From the sequence record SRR20825019_212: a stretch of DNA of 64,000 nt; one strand, 5' to 3'. The translations under genes were made by a program, and so were the position numbers. Within the stretch, counting starts at the first letter, position 1. Each line of letters begins with the position of its first letter. The notes under the pieces are model-generated. The model had not been told where the DNA came from. It was given only the letters and a program-made list of their open reading frames with translations, and ran no database searches. Below, piece by piece: positions 49,850 through 58,944 of the stretch.

Positions 49850-52162
49850 ATGCATACTTTAAAACAAAACCTCAAACTGGGCAGCTTGTTCCTAGCAACA
49901 ATTTTTGTGGGTTGCAGTCCCAAATTTACAGAAGAAACCAAAGAAGGTTTCAACCTTGTAAAAAATGAAAATGGGGCAACCCTCGGATATAGTCAAGATT
50001 CTGGTGTCTCAATCTTGACCGTTGACCAGATGGCATTTAAAGACCTGAACAAAAATGGCACGCTTGATCCTTATGAAGACTGGAGGCTCACGGCAGATGA
50101 AAGAGCCAAAGACCTTGCTTCAAAAATGAGTGTGGAGCAAATAGCTGGATTAATGTTGTACAGCGCGCACCAATCCATTCCCGGGGGAGGTAACAGTTTT
50201 TTTGGTGCAGTCACGTACAATGGAAAACCCTATAAAGAAAGTGGCGCTAAACCTAGTGACCTCTCTGATGCACAGAAGAAATTTTTGCTCGAAGATAATT
50301 TACGTCATGTATTGATTACCAGCGTTGAATCACCAGGAGTATCTGCACAATGGAACAATAATGCACAAGCGATGGTTGAAGGTATCGGGTTGGGTATTCC
50401 AATAAACACGAGCTCAGACCCAAGACATGGCAGTGATTCCTATGCAGAATTCAATGCGGGTGCGGGCGGAAAAATTTCCATGTGGCCCAGTACATTGGGA
50501 CTGGCAGCTAGTTTTGACCCATCTTTAATGCAACAGTTCGGGAAAATCGCTTCCCAAGAATACCGGGCATTGGGAATTGCAACTGCGCTTTCCCCTCAAA
50601 TCGACCTTGCTACAGAGCCACGTTGGTCCCGTTTTGATGGCACCATGGGAGAAGACCCAAAGCTAGCGGCAGATATGGCCCGTGCCTATGTGGAAGGTTT
50701 TCAAGCATCGGAAAATGGCGATTGGGGCATGCAAAGTGTCAATGCCATGGTAAAACACTGGCCAGGTGGCGGACCGGAAGAAGGTGGTCGTGACGGACAT
50801 TTTGGCTATGGGTCCTATGCCGTTTATCCCGGAAAAAATCTGGAAGATCACTTAAAGCCCTTTACAGAAGGTGCATTTGCCTTAAAAGGGCCAACCAAAA
50901 TGGCAACTGCCGTAATGCCCTATTATACCATTTCATACGAGCAGGATACCAAAAACGGGGAAAACGTTGGAAATGCCTACAACAAATATTTGATTACTGA
51001 CCTTTTGCGTGGAAAGTATGGTTATGATGGCGTCGTCTGTACCGATTGGGGCATCACTGGCGATGCGCCCAATGTATATGAGTTCAGGGGCAAGCCATGG
51101 GGTGTAGAAAATTTGAGCGTTGCTGAAAGACATTATAAAATTATCGAAGCTGGTTGTGACCAATTTGGGGGCAACAACGATATGGGTCCAGTTATAGAAG
51201 CTTATCAAATGGGGGTTGAGGAACATGGAGAAGAATACATGCGGAAACGTTTTGAAACTTCTGCTGTCCGCTTGCTGAAGAACATATTTAGAACCGGCCT
51301 TTTTGAAAATCCTTATTTAGATGTGGCACAAACAGAAAAAATCGTTGGCAATTCAGAATTCATGGAGGCAGGGTACAATGCGCAGCTCAAATCCATAGTG
51401 ATGCTGAAAAACAATGAAAAAACACTTCCTGTGGAGAACAAGAGAAAAGTCTATGTGCCCCAGCGTTATGTAGCTCCCACAGTAAATTGGTTCGGGGTAG
51501 CTACCGAAGAACGCACGGAACATCCCTTTAACATGGAAGTGGTCGCCAAGTATTTTGAGGTAGTGGACTATCCCGATGAAGCTGATTTTGCCCTTGTTGG
51601 TATTGAAAACCCAAATGGTGGGGTAGGTTACGATGTCGCTGACACCGAAAATGGTGGCAATGGTTACGTTCCCATAAGCTTGCAATACGGTACTTATACC
51701 GCAACCAATGCAAGAGAACAAAGCATAGCGGCTGGAAGTCCGCTGGAAAAAGGTGTGGACAACCGTTCCTACAATGGTAAAACGACCACATCCATAAATA
51801 TTTCCGATATGAGCTTGGTGACCGATACAAAAAGAAAGATGGGGGACAAGCCTGTTGTGGTCATTGTAAGAGTAGCTAAACCTTTGGTATTTGCGGAAAT
51901 TGAATCGTCGGCAGATGCCATATTGGTGCATATGGGCGTTCAGGACCAAGCCCTAATGGACATAGTTTCGGGCAAAGTAGAACCTTCAGCTTTGCTACCA
52001 TTTCAAATGCCCAAAGATATGTTGACCGTTGAGCAACAATTTGAAGATGTCCCAAGGGATATGGAACCATATATCGATGCCATTGGCAACACCTACGATT
52101 TTTCCTTCGGGCTGAATTGGAGTGGAGTAATTGATGATGAAAGAACCCAAGCATATAAATAG
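49850..52162 (+). CDS. GH3 beta-glycosidase lipoprotein
   Basis: Lipobox FVGC; DLNKNGTLDPYEDWR, SDPRH, PQIDLATEPRW, KHWPGGG, nucleophile CTDW and SIVMLKN. Confidence 0.9.
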   Translation: MHTLKQNLKLGSLFLATIFVGCSPKFTEETKEGFNLVKNENGATLGYSQDSGVSILTVDQMAFKDLNKNGTLDPYEDWRLTADERAKDLASKMSVEQIAGLMLYSAHQSIPGGGNSFFGAVTYNGKPYKESGAKPSDLSDAQKKFLLEDNLRHVLITSVESPGVSAQWNNNAQAMVEGIGLGIPINTSSDPRHGSDSYAEFNAGAGGKISMWPSTLGLAASFDPSLMQQFGKIASQEYRALGIATALSPQIDLATEPRWSRFDGTMGEDPKLAADMARAYVEGFQASENGDWGMQSVNAMVKHWPGGGPEEGGRDGHFGYGSYAVYPGKNLEDHLKPFTEGAFALKGPTKMATAVMPYYTISYEQDTKNGENVGNAYNKYLITDLLRGKYGYDGVVCTDWGITGDAPNVYEFRGKPWGVENLSVAERHYKIIEAGCDQFGGNNDMGPVIEAYQMGVEEHGEEYMRKRFETSAVRLLKNIFRTGLFENPYLDVAQTEKIVGNSEFMEAGYNAQLKSIVMLKNNEKTLPVENKRKVYVPQRYVAPTVNWFGVATEERTEHPFNMEVVAKYFEVVDYPDEADFALVGIENPNGGVGYDVADTENGGNGYVPISLQYGTYTATNAREQSIAAGSPLEKGVDNRSYNGKTTTSINISDMSLVTDTKRKMGDKPVVVIVRVAKPLVFAEIESSADAILVHMGVQDQALMDIVSGKVEPSALLPFQMPKDMLTVEQQFEDVPRDMEPYIDAIGNTYDFSFGLNWSGVIDDERTQAYK

Positions 52163-52182
52163 ATAGTCGGGCAAGATATTTT

Positions 52183-52214
52183 AAGGTCCTCAATTATTTG
52201 GGGACCTTTTTTTT
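52183..52214 (+). terminator. Intrinsic terminator after the GH3 gene
   Basis: AAGGTCCTCAA/TTGGGGACCTT stem followed by a T run. Confidence 0.8.
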
Positions 52215-52295
52215 ATCAAAATTTTACATCAAAAACGTTTTATCGTGTATCTGTGATTTTAACCCCAAGAAAAAAATAATTAAAGTACAATACAT

Positions 52296-52303
52296 TAGTT
52301 TTG
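52296..52303 (+). promoter_or_regulatory. -7 element (TAGTTTTG) upstream of the Crp/Fnr gene
   Basis: Exact TAnnTTTG match. Confidence 0.5.
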
Positions 52304-52342
52304 CGCCACCTAAAATCACTGAAAGCCAAACCAATTTTTTGA

Positions 52343-52939
52343 ATGCCCACCAAAGAAAATCCCGAGAAAAACCTTTACATCCTTTCCTTTCTCAATGCCA
52401 TTGGCCCTTTGAGCCCAGAGTTAAGGAATTACCTTACTCAGAAAATCAACAGTCGTTCCTTTGAAAAAAATGAACTCATCAATAAACCTGGTGAAGTCTG
52501 TGATTGTCTGTATCTGATCAAAAAAGGAATGGTACGTGGTTATTTTATAAGTGATGCGTCGGAAATCACCACTTGGATTGATTCCGAAAATGAAGTATTT
52601 ACTTCCATAACTGGCTTCTTTAGAAATCAAAAAAGCGAAGAGTACATACAAAGCCTTGAAAACACGTATTGCGATTATTTGAAATATGGGGATTATAAAT
52701 ATTGCCTAAACCATTTCCCGGAAATGAGGCACATCAATCGTATTTTACTCGAAGAATATTACATATTGGCAGAGCAAAGGGTATACTTGGCAAGAATTCC
52801 AAATGCTCGCAAAAGGCTTGATTTTTTTATGGCGAACATGAAACCCCAAATTATGGACAGGATTCCGAGAAAACACCTTGCCTCCTACCTAGCCATAAGA
52901 CCCGAAACCTTATCCAGACTTATGAAGGACAAAAATTAA
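52343..52939 (+). CDS. Crp/Fnr-family transcriptional regulator
   Basis: cNMP-binding-like domain (LYLIKKGMVRGY) and C-terminal HTH (HLASYLAIRPETLSR). Confidence 0.88.
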   Translation: MPTKENPEKNLYILSFLNAIGPLSPELRNYLTQKINSRSFEKNELINKPGEVCDCLYLIKKGMVRGYFISDASEITTWIDSENEVFTSITGFFRNQKSEEYIQSLENTYCDYLKYGDYKYCLNHFPEMRHINRILLEEYYILAEQRVYLARIPNARKRLDFFMANMKPQIMDRIPRKHLASYLAIRPETLSRLMKDKN

Positions 52940-53057
52940 ATTGACACTTTTTTTGAGCAAGGTTATTTTTCAAATTATCAATCCAGAGTTTTTTTACAAA
53001 AATCCGTTTCCTCTTTTATAATATTCTGAAAACCCAAGTAAGACCCCACTTCACCGC

Positions 53058-54488
53058 CTACAGTTCCACAGATTCAAAAGCCATCCTTTCTGAACCACAC
53101 ACGGAGCAAGTGTACTCCTCGGGTACGTCCTTAAATTTTGTATTGGGCTCGATACCAAATTTTGAATCTCCCACTTCATTATCATATACCGTCAAACATT
53201 TTTGGCATTGATAGACCTTCTTGGGTTCTCGCTCATTTGTATCCTTCTTTTTTATTGATGTCTTCTCCTTTTGTCCGAGTTGCTGGAAGTACGCTTTGCT
53301 CAATTCAATCAAAAGATTGGGCAATTCCTTTTTATCCACATCTTGTGCATAGATCAAATACTGCCTTGTGTTGGGGTCAAAACCTTTAAAATAGCGTACA
53401 TTATAGGTAGGTTTTACTTCAAAATCCAACCCTATTTCAGTGGTGGGATTCTTCTCAATGACTATGGATGAAAAATGGGATTGTTTACCTACATCTTTAC
53501 TAATACCAAAGGTGAGTCCGTATGTACTGATGTCATTCTGATCAAAATTATTGACCAAATATTGTTTGAGTTCCAAAGCTTCTTGGTCATCCACGGGCAA
53601 GTGCCAGTTCATTTCCAATTGGGAATGCCGTACATTGATTCCCCTTTGACCGAGAAATCTCTCCAATTCAGGCCTACTTTCCTTGGAAATTCCCTTTACA
53701 ACAAACGATTTCCAGGGGGTGATGCATATTTTCCCGATACTGTTGTCCAAACAGAATCCACAAAATTCCTTTAGGAATTGAAGATCATAACGATTATTAC
53801 GCCAATAAAGTCCCAACCAGTATTGGTCTAAGCCCATCCGGTTCATCCCCTCGTAGTAAGGGAATGTAACAAATGGAATTTGGAGTTCTTTCTTTATGGT
53901 CCTGTTATTGTTGGTCTGCAGTTTTTGATTCAATAGGGTAAAGAGCTGATCTACATTGTCCATGGCATGGTACACTTCTTCTACGGCCCTACAGACCGAA
54001 ACAATGTCCCAACTGTAAATCAGCACTGGGTAATAGGCACTTTTCTTCCAATGGGGCAATACTATGTTCAAATACCAGTAATCTTCATCTTCGGATGCCA
54101 CAAAATTGAGGTTTCCACTAAAAATAGGCACCAAGCGTTGTTTGGGATCGGTAATATTGATTTTCAATCTTGGCATAAAATCAAACTGCTCCAATAGGTA
54201 CAGGTAAGTGGATCCTTTGAGCCAATGGGTTCCATCAAAAATATCTGCCGACACATAAGAACAAACAATGTTTTGGTAAGATCTGTCAGCTACGATATCG
54301 GTCTTATATTTTGATGTTTTTTCCAACTGTCCCTTATGCTTATTGTCCAGCGGAAAGAGCAGGTCCTGCCTTGAGCCAAAGTAAACTTCCGACAATCCGG
54401 CTGCCTCGAGCATGGCAACACTGTCCTTGAGCTCACCCGGAGAGGTAATGCCCCCGCTTATCAATATCCTGTGCAAATCGTCGTTCAT
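53058..54488 (-). CDS. Uncharacterised protein: Nir/Sir ferredoxin-like half-domains plus a C-terminal rubredoxin
   Basis: C-terminal YQCQKCLTVYD...FKDVPEEYTCSVCG rubredoxin. N-terminal GGITSPGEL...FGSRQDL and internal ICITPWKSFVVKGI resemble NIR_SIR_ferr repeats. Confidence 0.75.
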   Translation of the reverse strand: MNDDLHRILISGGITSPGELKDSVAMLEAAGLSEVYFGSRQDLLFPLDNKHKGQLEKTSKYKTDIVADRSYQNIVCSYVSADIFDGTHWLKGSTYLYLLEQFDFMPRLKINITDPKQRLVPIFSGNLNFVASEDEDYWYLNIVLPHWKKSAYYPVLIYSWDIVSVCRAVEEVYHAMDNVDQLFTLLNQKLQTNNNRTIKKELQIPFVTFPYYEGMNRMGLDQYWLGLYWRNNRYDLQFLKEFCGFCLDNSIGKICITPWKSFVVKGISKESRPELERFLGQRGINVRHSQLEMNWHLPVDDQEALELKQYLVNNFDQNDISTYGLTFGISKDVGKQSHFSSIVIEKNPTTEIGLDFEVKPTYNVRYFKGFDPNTRQYLIYAQDVDKKELPNLLIELSKAYFQQLGQKEKTSIKKKDTNEREPKKVYQCQKCLTVYDNEVGDSKFGIEPNTKFKDVPEEYTCSVCGSERMAFESVEL

Positions 54489-54492
54489 GATC

Positions 54493-57400
54493 TTAAACCA
54501 GTGTTGCTTTCAATTGTCCGTTCAATAGGGCTTGCACCTCGGGCTTACAACTTCCGCAGCCCAATCCTGCCCCGGTTTGAGAACATAGTTGTGAAAAATC
54601 CGTACATCCGCCCGCTATGGCATCCTTAATGTTCCCATCCCCCACTTGACTACAAGAACAGACCAAACTCCCTTTAAGCGGTTCCATTGTTGATGTACCC
54701 CGTAGCAATTCCTCCCTTTTTTCAGAGAGTTCTATTTCTTCTTCAATGAGTCGCTTAAACTCTGCGAACTCATTTTTATCACCCATCAAAATAGCTCCTT
54801 TCAGGGTATCATCCTTAACAATACATTTTTTGTAGAACCGCTTGCTCACATCCATTAATAAAATCTCTTCATAGGAAGGATCGTCCTTTGGGGCATTGAC
54901 CATTCCAATGCTGCAGAGGTCAAGATTTTCAAACTTTAAAATGTTCATCAATACAGAGCCGCCATAAATACTTCCCAAATCTCCAAGAATATAATTTGCG
55001 GCCACATCGGCCTGTTGTTCCGCTGCCGAAGTGATGCCGTACAGCGCATTCTCAAACTCAGCGATTTCGCCCAATGCAAAAATGGACGGATCGCTCGTTT
55101 TGAGATAAGGGTCCACCAAAACCCCTCTTCGGGTCTCCAACCCGGCACTTGTTGCCAAAGATATGTTGGGACGGGTTCCGATAGCATAAACAATGGCATT
55201 ACAACGTAGAGTCCTGCCTGTTTTTAGATTGACCATCAAAGTATATTGAGATTCCTCTTCCTCAAAAATGGTGCTTACCTCGTTGTCAAAAAACAATTGA
55301 ATCCCCCTTTCTGAAACATCTTCGGCCAATAATTTACTGGAAACTGGATCTAACTGGCGTTCCATTAACCTGGGGGCACGCTGTATTATGCTGATATTGA
55401 TATTGATTTTTTTAAGTGCTGCTGCGAGTTCTAGACCGAGCAAACCTCCTCCGACGATGACCACGTGCTGTTCGTTTGTTGGGAGTCCCGTTTTGGACAA
55501 ATAGTCTTTGAGTCGGTCCGCATCGCCCCTTTCCCGCATTGTGAATCTTCCCGGTAGGTCCATCCGTACTTCATTTGGCACAAAAGCGCGACTCCCAGTT
55601 GCCATTACCAAAAAATCGTAATTGTGTGTGCCTCCCAAATCATCGGTCACCGTTTTTTCTTTGGCATTGATGTCTTTGACTCCATTGTTAGGATACAATG
55701 TGACCTTAAGCTTTTCCAGTTCTCCTTGCTTCAATTTTTGAAGGGCTTCCCAAGACAGTTCTTCATTCACATATTCCGGGAGCAAGACACGGTTGTAAAA
55801 GGGATGCTCCTCTTTGGAAAACACATGGATTTCATCCGTTTTGTTCTTTTCCCGATAGGTTTGGATAAAACGGTAAGCTGCCGCACCAGCTCCAACAACA
55901 ACTATTTTTTGCGAGGGCTTCTTATATTTTTCAACCTGAACGGCACAGTATTTAAAATCGGGTTCTTTGGATACGGGGTCTACAATATCATTGGTAAGAT
56001 TGTTGGCCCTACTAAAATCATTGTTCAGGATTTTGCCCCAGTGCATAGGAAGAAAAACCACCCTTTCGCGAATATCATAATTGATTTTTACCTTGACCCT
56101 AACATTGCCCCGCCTACTCTTTACCACTGCAATATCACCTTCCTTAAGGTTTCGCACATAGGCATCTACCTTGTTCATTTCAAGGAAAGGGGATGGGATA
56201 TGGGTCAATAATCGTTTTACTTTTCCCGTTTTTGTTCGAGTATGCCATTGATCCCTGACCCTTCCGGTATTGAGCACCAATGGAAAGTCCGTTGTTGTGA
56301 TTTCTGATTTGTTGTACAGGTTTCTGGGTGCATTGAAATGTACTTTCCCATTTGCAGTGAAATATTTTTGATCTTGAAAAAGCCTCGGTGTTCCCTTGTG
56401 TTCGGGCGAAGGTACAGGCCATTGAAAGCTTCCTTCCTTTTGAAGACGTTCGTGGGACAGTCCAGAAATATCAATGTTGGTCCCCTTGGTCATTAGGCAA
56501 TATTCATCATAAACTTCCGAGACATTGTTGTAGTCAAAACCGCCATATCCCATTTTTTGGGCAAATCTCCACAAGATTTCTGCATCTGGCAATGCCTCAC
56601 CGGGAGCATCAATGACTTTGGGCAAATAACTTATCCGACGCTCGGAATTGGTCATGGTGCCTTCTTTTTCCAACCAACCTGCTGCCGGCAACAACAAATC
56701 CGCATATTTTGTGGTCTCTGAATTATGGGAAATATCCTGAACAATCACAAAATTGGCCTTTTCGAGAGCTTTTTCAATTTTTTTGGCATTGGGCAAACTC
56801 ACAATGGGATTGGTGCAAATGATCCATATGGCCTTCATTTTTCCGGATTCCAGCGCATCAAACATTTCCGTTGCCGTGAGACCGGGCTCGCCATTGATTT
56901 CCTTGCCTCCCCAAAATTGTCGGACTTCTTCTCTGTGTCTGGGGTTTCCCAAATCGCGATGGGCCGCCAACAAACTGGCCATCCCTCCTACTTCACGACC
57001 TCCCATGGCATTGGGCTGACCTGTTAACGAAAAGGGTCCGGAACCGGGCTTGCCAATCTGTCCCGTCAACAAAGAAAGGTTCAATAGCGAAACATTTTTA
57101 TCCACTCCAATAACGCTTTGGTTCAATCCCATGGTCCACATACTAATGAATCCCTTGGCATCTGAAATCATCTTGGCGGCCTTACGGATTTCCTGGGTGG
57201 TTATCCCACATTTTTCTGCAGCCTTGCGAATGGAAAGTTCAAAAGCCATTTGCTTGCATGCTTCAAAATTAGAGGTGTGCTTTTGTATGAATGGTTTGTC
57301 AATCTTTTTCTTTTCTATCAACCATCTGGCCATGGCATTGAAAAGAATCACATCGGTGCCCGGCAAAATTTGTAAGTGCAGGTCTGCCAAGGCACACGTC

Positions 57401-58026
57401 TGTGTCTTACGTGGATCCACTACGATCAATTTAACCTTGGGGTTTTGTTCTTTGTGCTTTTCAATTCTTCGAAACAAAATTGGGTGACACCACGCAGGAT
57501 TGGCGCCGGCGATCAAAAAACAATCTGCCAACTCTATATCGGCATAAGCAATGGGAACAGCATCGTTGCCCACGGTTTTCTTGTAGCCCACCACGGCAGA
57601 ACTCATGCAAAGCCTGGAGTTGGTATCAATATTATTGGTTCCCAAAAAGCCCTTGGTCAGCTTATTGGCCAAATAATATTCCTCGGTAAGGCATTGCCCG
57701 GACACATACAGCCCAACACTGTCCGGGCCATATTTCTCCATGATACTTCCAAAAACGGCAGCTGCCCTTTTAAAGGCAATATCCCAAGTAACCTGCTGCA
57801 TGGGATGATTTCTACTCCATCGCATTTCTGGATAAAGTATTCTATCCTTGGTATCTTGGGCCACGTAATTCAACGTTTTTCCTTTGGTACAGAGCATTCC
57901 CTTGTTCACGGGGTAATCCTCATCCCCTTTAACGGACAATATGCCCTTGGCATCTTTGGAAACCTCGATGCCGCACCCCACTCCGCAATACGAGCAAATA
58001 GTTTTATGTGTGTCTTTTTTCTGCAT
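54493..58026 (-). CDS. Assimilatory nitrate reductase (Mo-bisPGD) fused to an FAD/NAD(P)H oxidoreductase domain and a BFD-like [2Fe-2S] domain
   Basis: CSYCGVGCG...LCTKG, DTNSRLCMSSA, GQPNAMGGRE, TGRVRDQWHT and DPVSKEPDFK; then VVGAGAAA, YNRVLL, VGGGLLGLE; then VCSC...GCGSC. Confidence 0.92.
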   Translation of the reverse strand: MQKKDTHKTICSYCGVGCGIEVSKDAKGILSVKGDEDYPVNKGMLCTKGKTLNYVAQDTKDRILYPEMRWSRNHPMQQVTWDIAFKRAAAVFGSIMEKYGPDSVGLYVSGQCLTEEYYLANKLTKGFLGTNNIDTNSRLCMSSAVVGYKKTVGNDAVPIAYADIELADCFLIAGANPAWCHPILFRRIEKHKEQNPKVKLIVVDPRKTQTCALADLHLQILPGTDVILFNAMARWLIEKKKIDKPFIQKHTSNFEACKQMAFELSIRKAAEKCGITTQEIRKAAKMISDAKGFISMWTMGLNQSVIGVDKNVSLLNLSLLTGQIGKPGSGPFSLTGQPNAMGGREVGGMASLLAAHRDLGNPRHREEVRQFWGGKEINGEPGLTATEMFDALESGKMKAIWIICTNPIVSLPNAKKIEKALEKANFVIVQDISHNSETTKYADLLLPAAGWLEKEGTMTNSERRISYLPKVIDAPGEALPDAEILWRFAQKMGYGGFDYNNVSEVYDEYCLMTKGTNIDISGLSHERLQKEGSFQWPVPSPEHKGTPRLFQDQKYFTANGKVHFNAPRNLYNKSEITTTDFPLVLNTGRVRDQWHTRTKTGKVKRLLTHIPSPFLEMNKVDAYVRNLKEGDIAVVKSRRGNVRVKVKINYDIRERVVFLPMHWGKILNNDFSRANNLTNDIVDPVSKEPDFKYCAVQVEKYKKPSQKIVVVGAGAAAYRFIQTYREKNKTDEIHVFSKEEHPFYNRVLLPEYVNEELSWEALQKLKQGELEKLKVTLYPNNGVKDINAKEKTVTDDLGGTHNYDFLVMATGSRAFVPNEVRMDLPGRFTMRERGDADRLKDYLSKTGLPTNEQHVVIVGGGLLGLELAAALKKININISIIQRAPRLMERQLDPVSSKLLAEDVSERGIQLFFDNEVSTIFEEEESQYTLMVNLKTGRTLRCNAIVYAIGTRPNISLATSAGLETRRGVLVDPYLKTSDPSIFALGEIAEFENALYGITSAAEQQADVAANYILGDLGSIYGGSVLMNILKFENLDLCSIGMVNAPKDDPSYEEILLMDVSKRFYKKCIVKDDTLKGAILMGDKNEFAEFKRLIEEEIELSEKREELLRGTSTMEPLKGSLVCSCSQVGDGNIKDAIAGGCTDFSQLCSQTGAGLGCGSCKPEVQALLNGQLKATLV

Positions 58027-58068
58027 TCTGGCAACACCGTATTTTTTCGATGTTGAAAATTAAAAATT

Positions 58069-58084
58069 TACGTATAAATACGTA
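58069..58084. promoter_or_regulatory. Perfect 7-2-7 inverted repeat TACGTAT-AA-ATACGTA upstream of the nitrate reductase
   Basis: Read directly from the sequence; recurs at other nitrate-cluster promoters. Confidence 0.7.
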
Positions 58085-58160
58085 GTGATAATTTAATAAA
58101 AGTGATGCCCTAAATCGAGAGAATGATAAAAATTGTGGCAAAAGGTTGAAAAAATGAAAC

Positions 58161-58847
58161 CTAGACTAAATTGTATTTGCTTGCCTTTTTGGAAAGATCT
58201 ATCAAATTTTTCACTTCCATCTTCTTCATCAGGTTGAAACGATGTGTCTCGATGGTACGTTTACTATTCTGTAGTTTCTCTGAAATCTCTTTGTTCGTAT
58301 ATCCGGCCAAGACCAATTCCAATACTTGAAGTTCCTTGTTGGTCAAATCAAAAGGTGTGTTTTTATTGACTTTGGACAATGATTGATTTGTCTTTTTATC
58401 AGAGCTGAACAAGTTGTTCACCAATACGTTGGAAATATCCCCGCTAAAATATTTACCGCCTTCTTGGACCATGTGGATTGCCTTTACAAACTCCGCTTTG
58501 CCCGTATCCTTTAAAAGGTAACCGTTGGCGCCTGCCTGTACGGATTTTAGAATATACTCCTCGGAATCGTGCATGGAAAGAATGATGCACTTGGTATTGG
58601 ATTTGCCTTTGGCATTAAGACGCTCCACGGTCTCGATACCTCCCAATTCAGGCATTCGGATATCGATTATCAAAATGTCCGGAGACTTTTCATCTACCAT
58701 TTTAAGTGCATCCAAACCATTGGACACTTCTCCAATCACATCCAAACCTGGCTCTTCTTCCAACAAGGCACGTATGCCGTCTCTGACCAAGGAATGGTCG
58801 TCGGCCAAAACAATGGTAATGATCGCTTTTTGTTCCGAATTTTGCAT
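58161..58847 (-). CDS. NarL/FixJ (LuxR-HTH) family response regulator
   Basis: LADDH, IIDIRMP (phospho-Asp), LSMH and LLKD receiver motifs; HTH LTNKELQVL...SKRTIETHRFNLMKK. Confidence 0.93.
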   Translation of the reverse strand: MQNSEQKAIITIVLADDHSLVRDGIRALLEEEPGLDVIGEVSNGLDALKMVDEKSPDILIIDIRMPELGGIETVERLNAKGKSNTKCIILSMHDSEEYILKSVQAGANGYLLKDTGKAEFVKAIHMVQEGGKYFSGDISNVLVNNLFSSDKKTNQSLSKVNKNTPFDLTNKELQVLELVLAGYTNKEISEKLQNSKRTIETHRFNLMKKMEVKNLIDLSKKASKYNLV

Positions 58848-58851
58848 TGCA

Positions 58852-58859
58852 CAAAAATA
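58852..58859 (-). promoter_or_regulatory. -7 element (TATTTTTG) immediately upstream of the response regulator
   Basis: Exact TAnnTTTG match only 4 nt from the ATG, suggesting a near-leaderless mRNA or a later start. Confidence 0.45.
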
Positions 58860-58886
58860 ATCGAATTATTGAAATACGTAGAACAT

Positions 58887-58923
58887 AAAAAAGGCCGCCC
58901 CATTTAAAAAATGGAACAGCCTT
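58887..58923 (-). terminator. Intrinsic terminator after the porin gene
   Basis: Minus strand AAGGCTGTTCCATTT/AAATGGGGCGGCCTT stem (G-U pairs) followed by a T run. Confidence 0.7.
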
Positions 58924-58944
58924 GACTCCAACTAACTCTACTCA

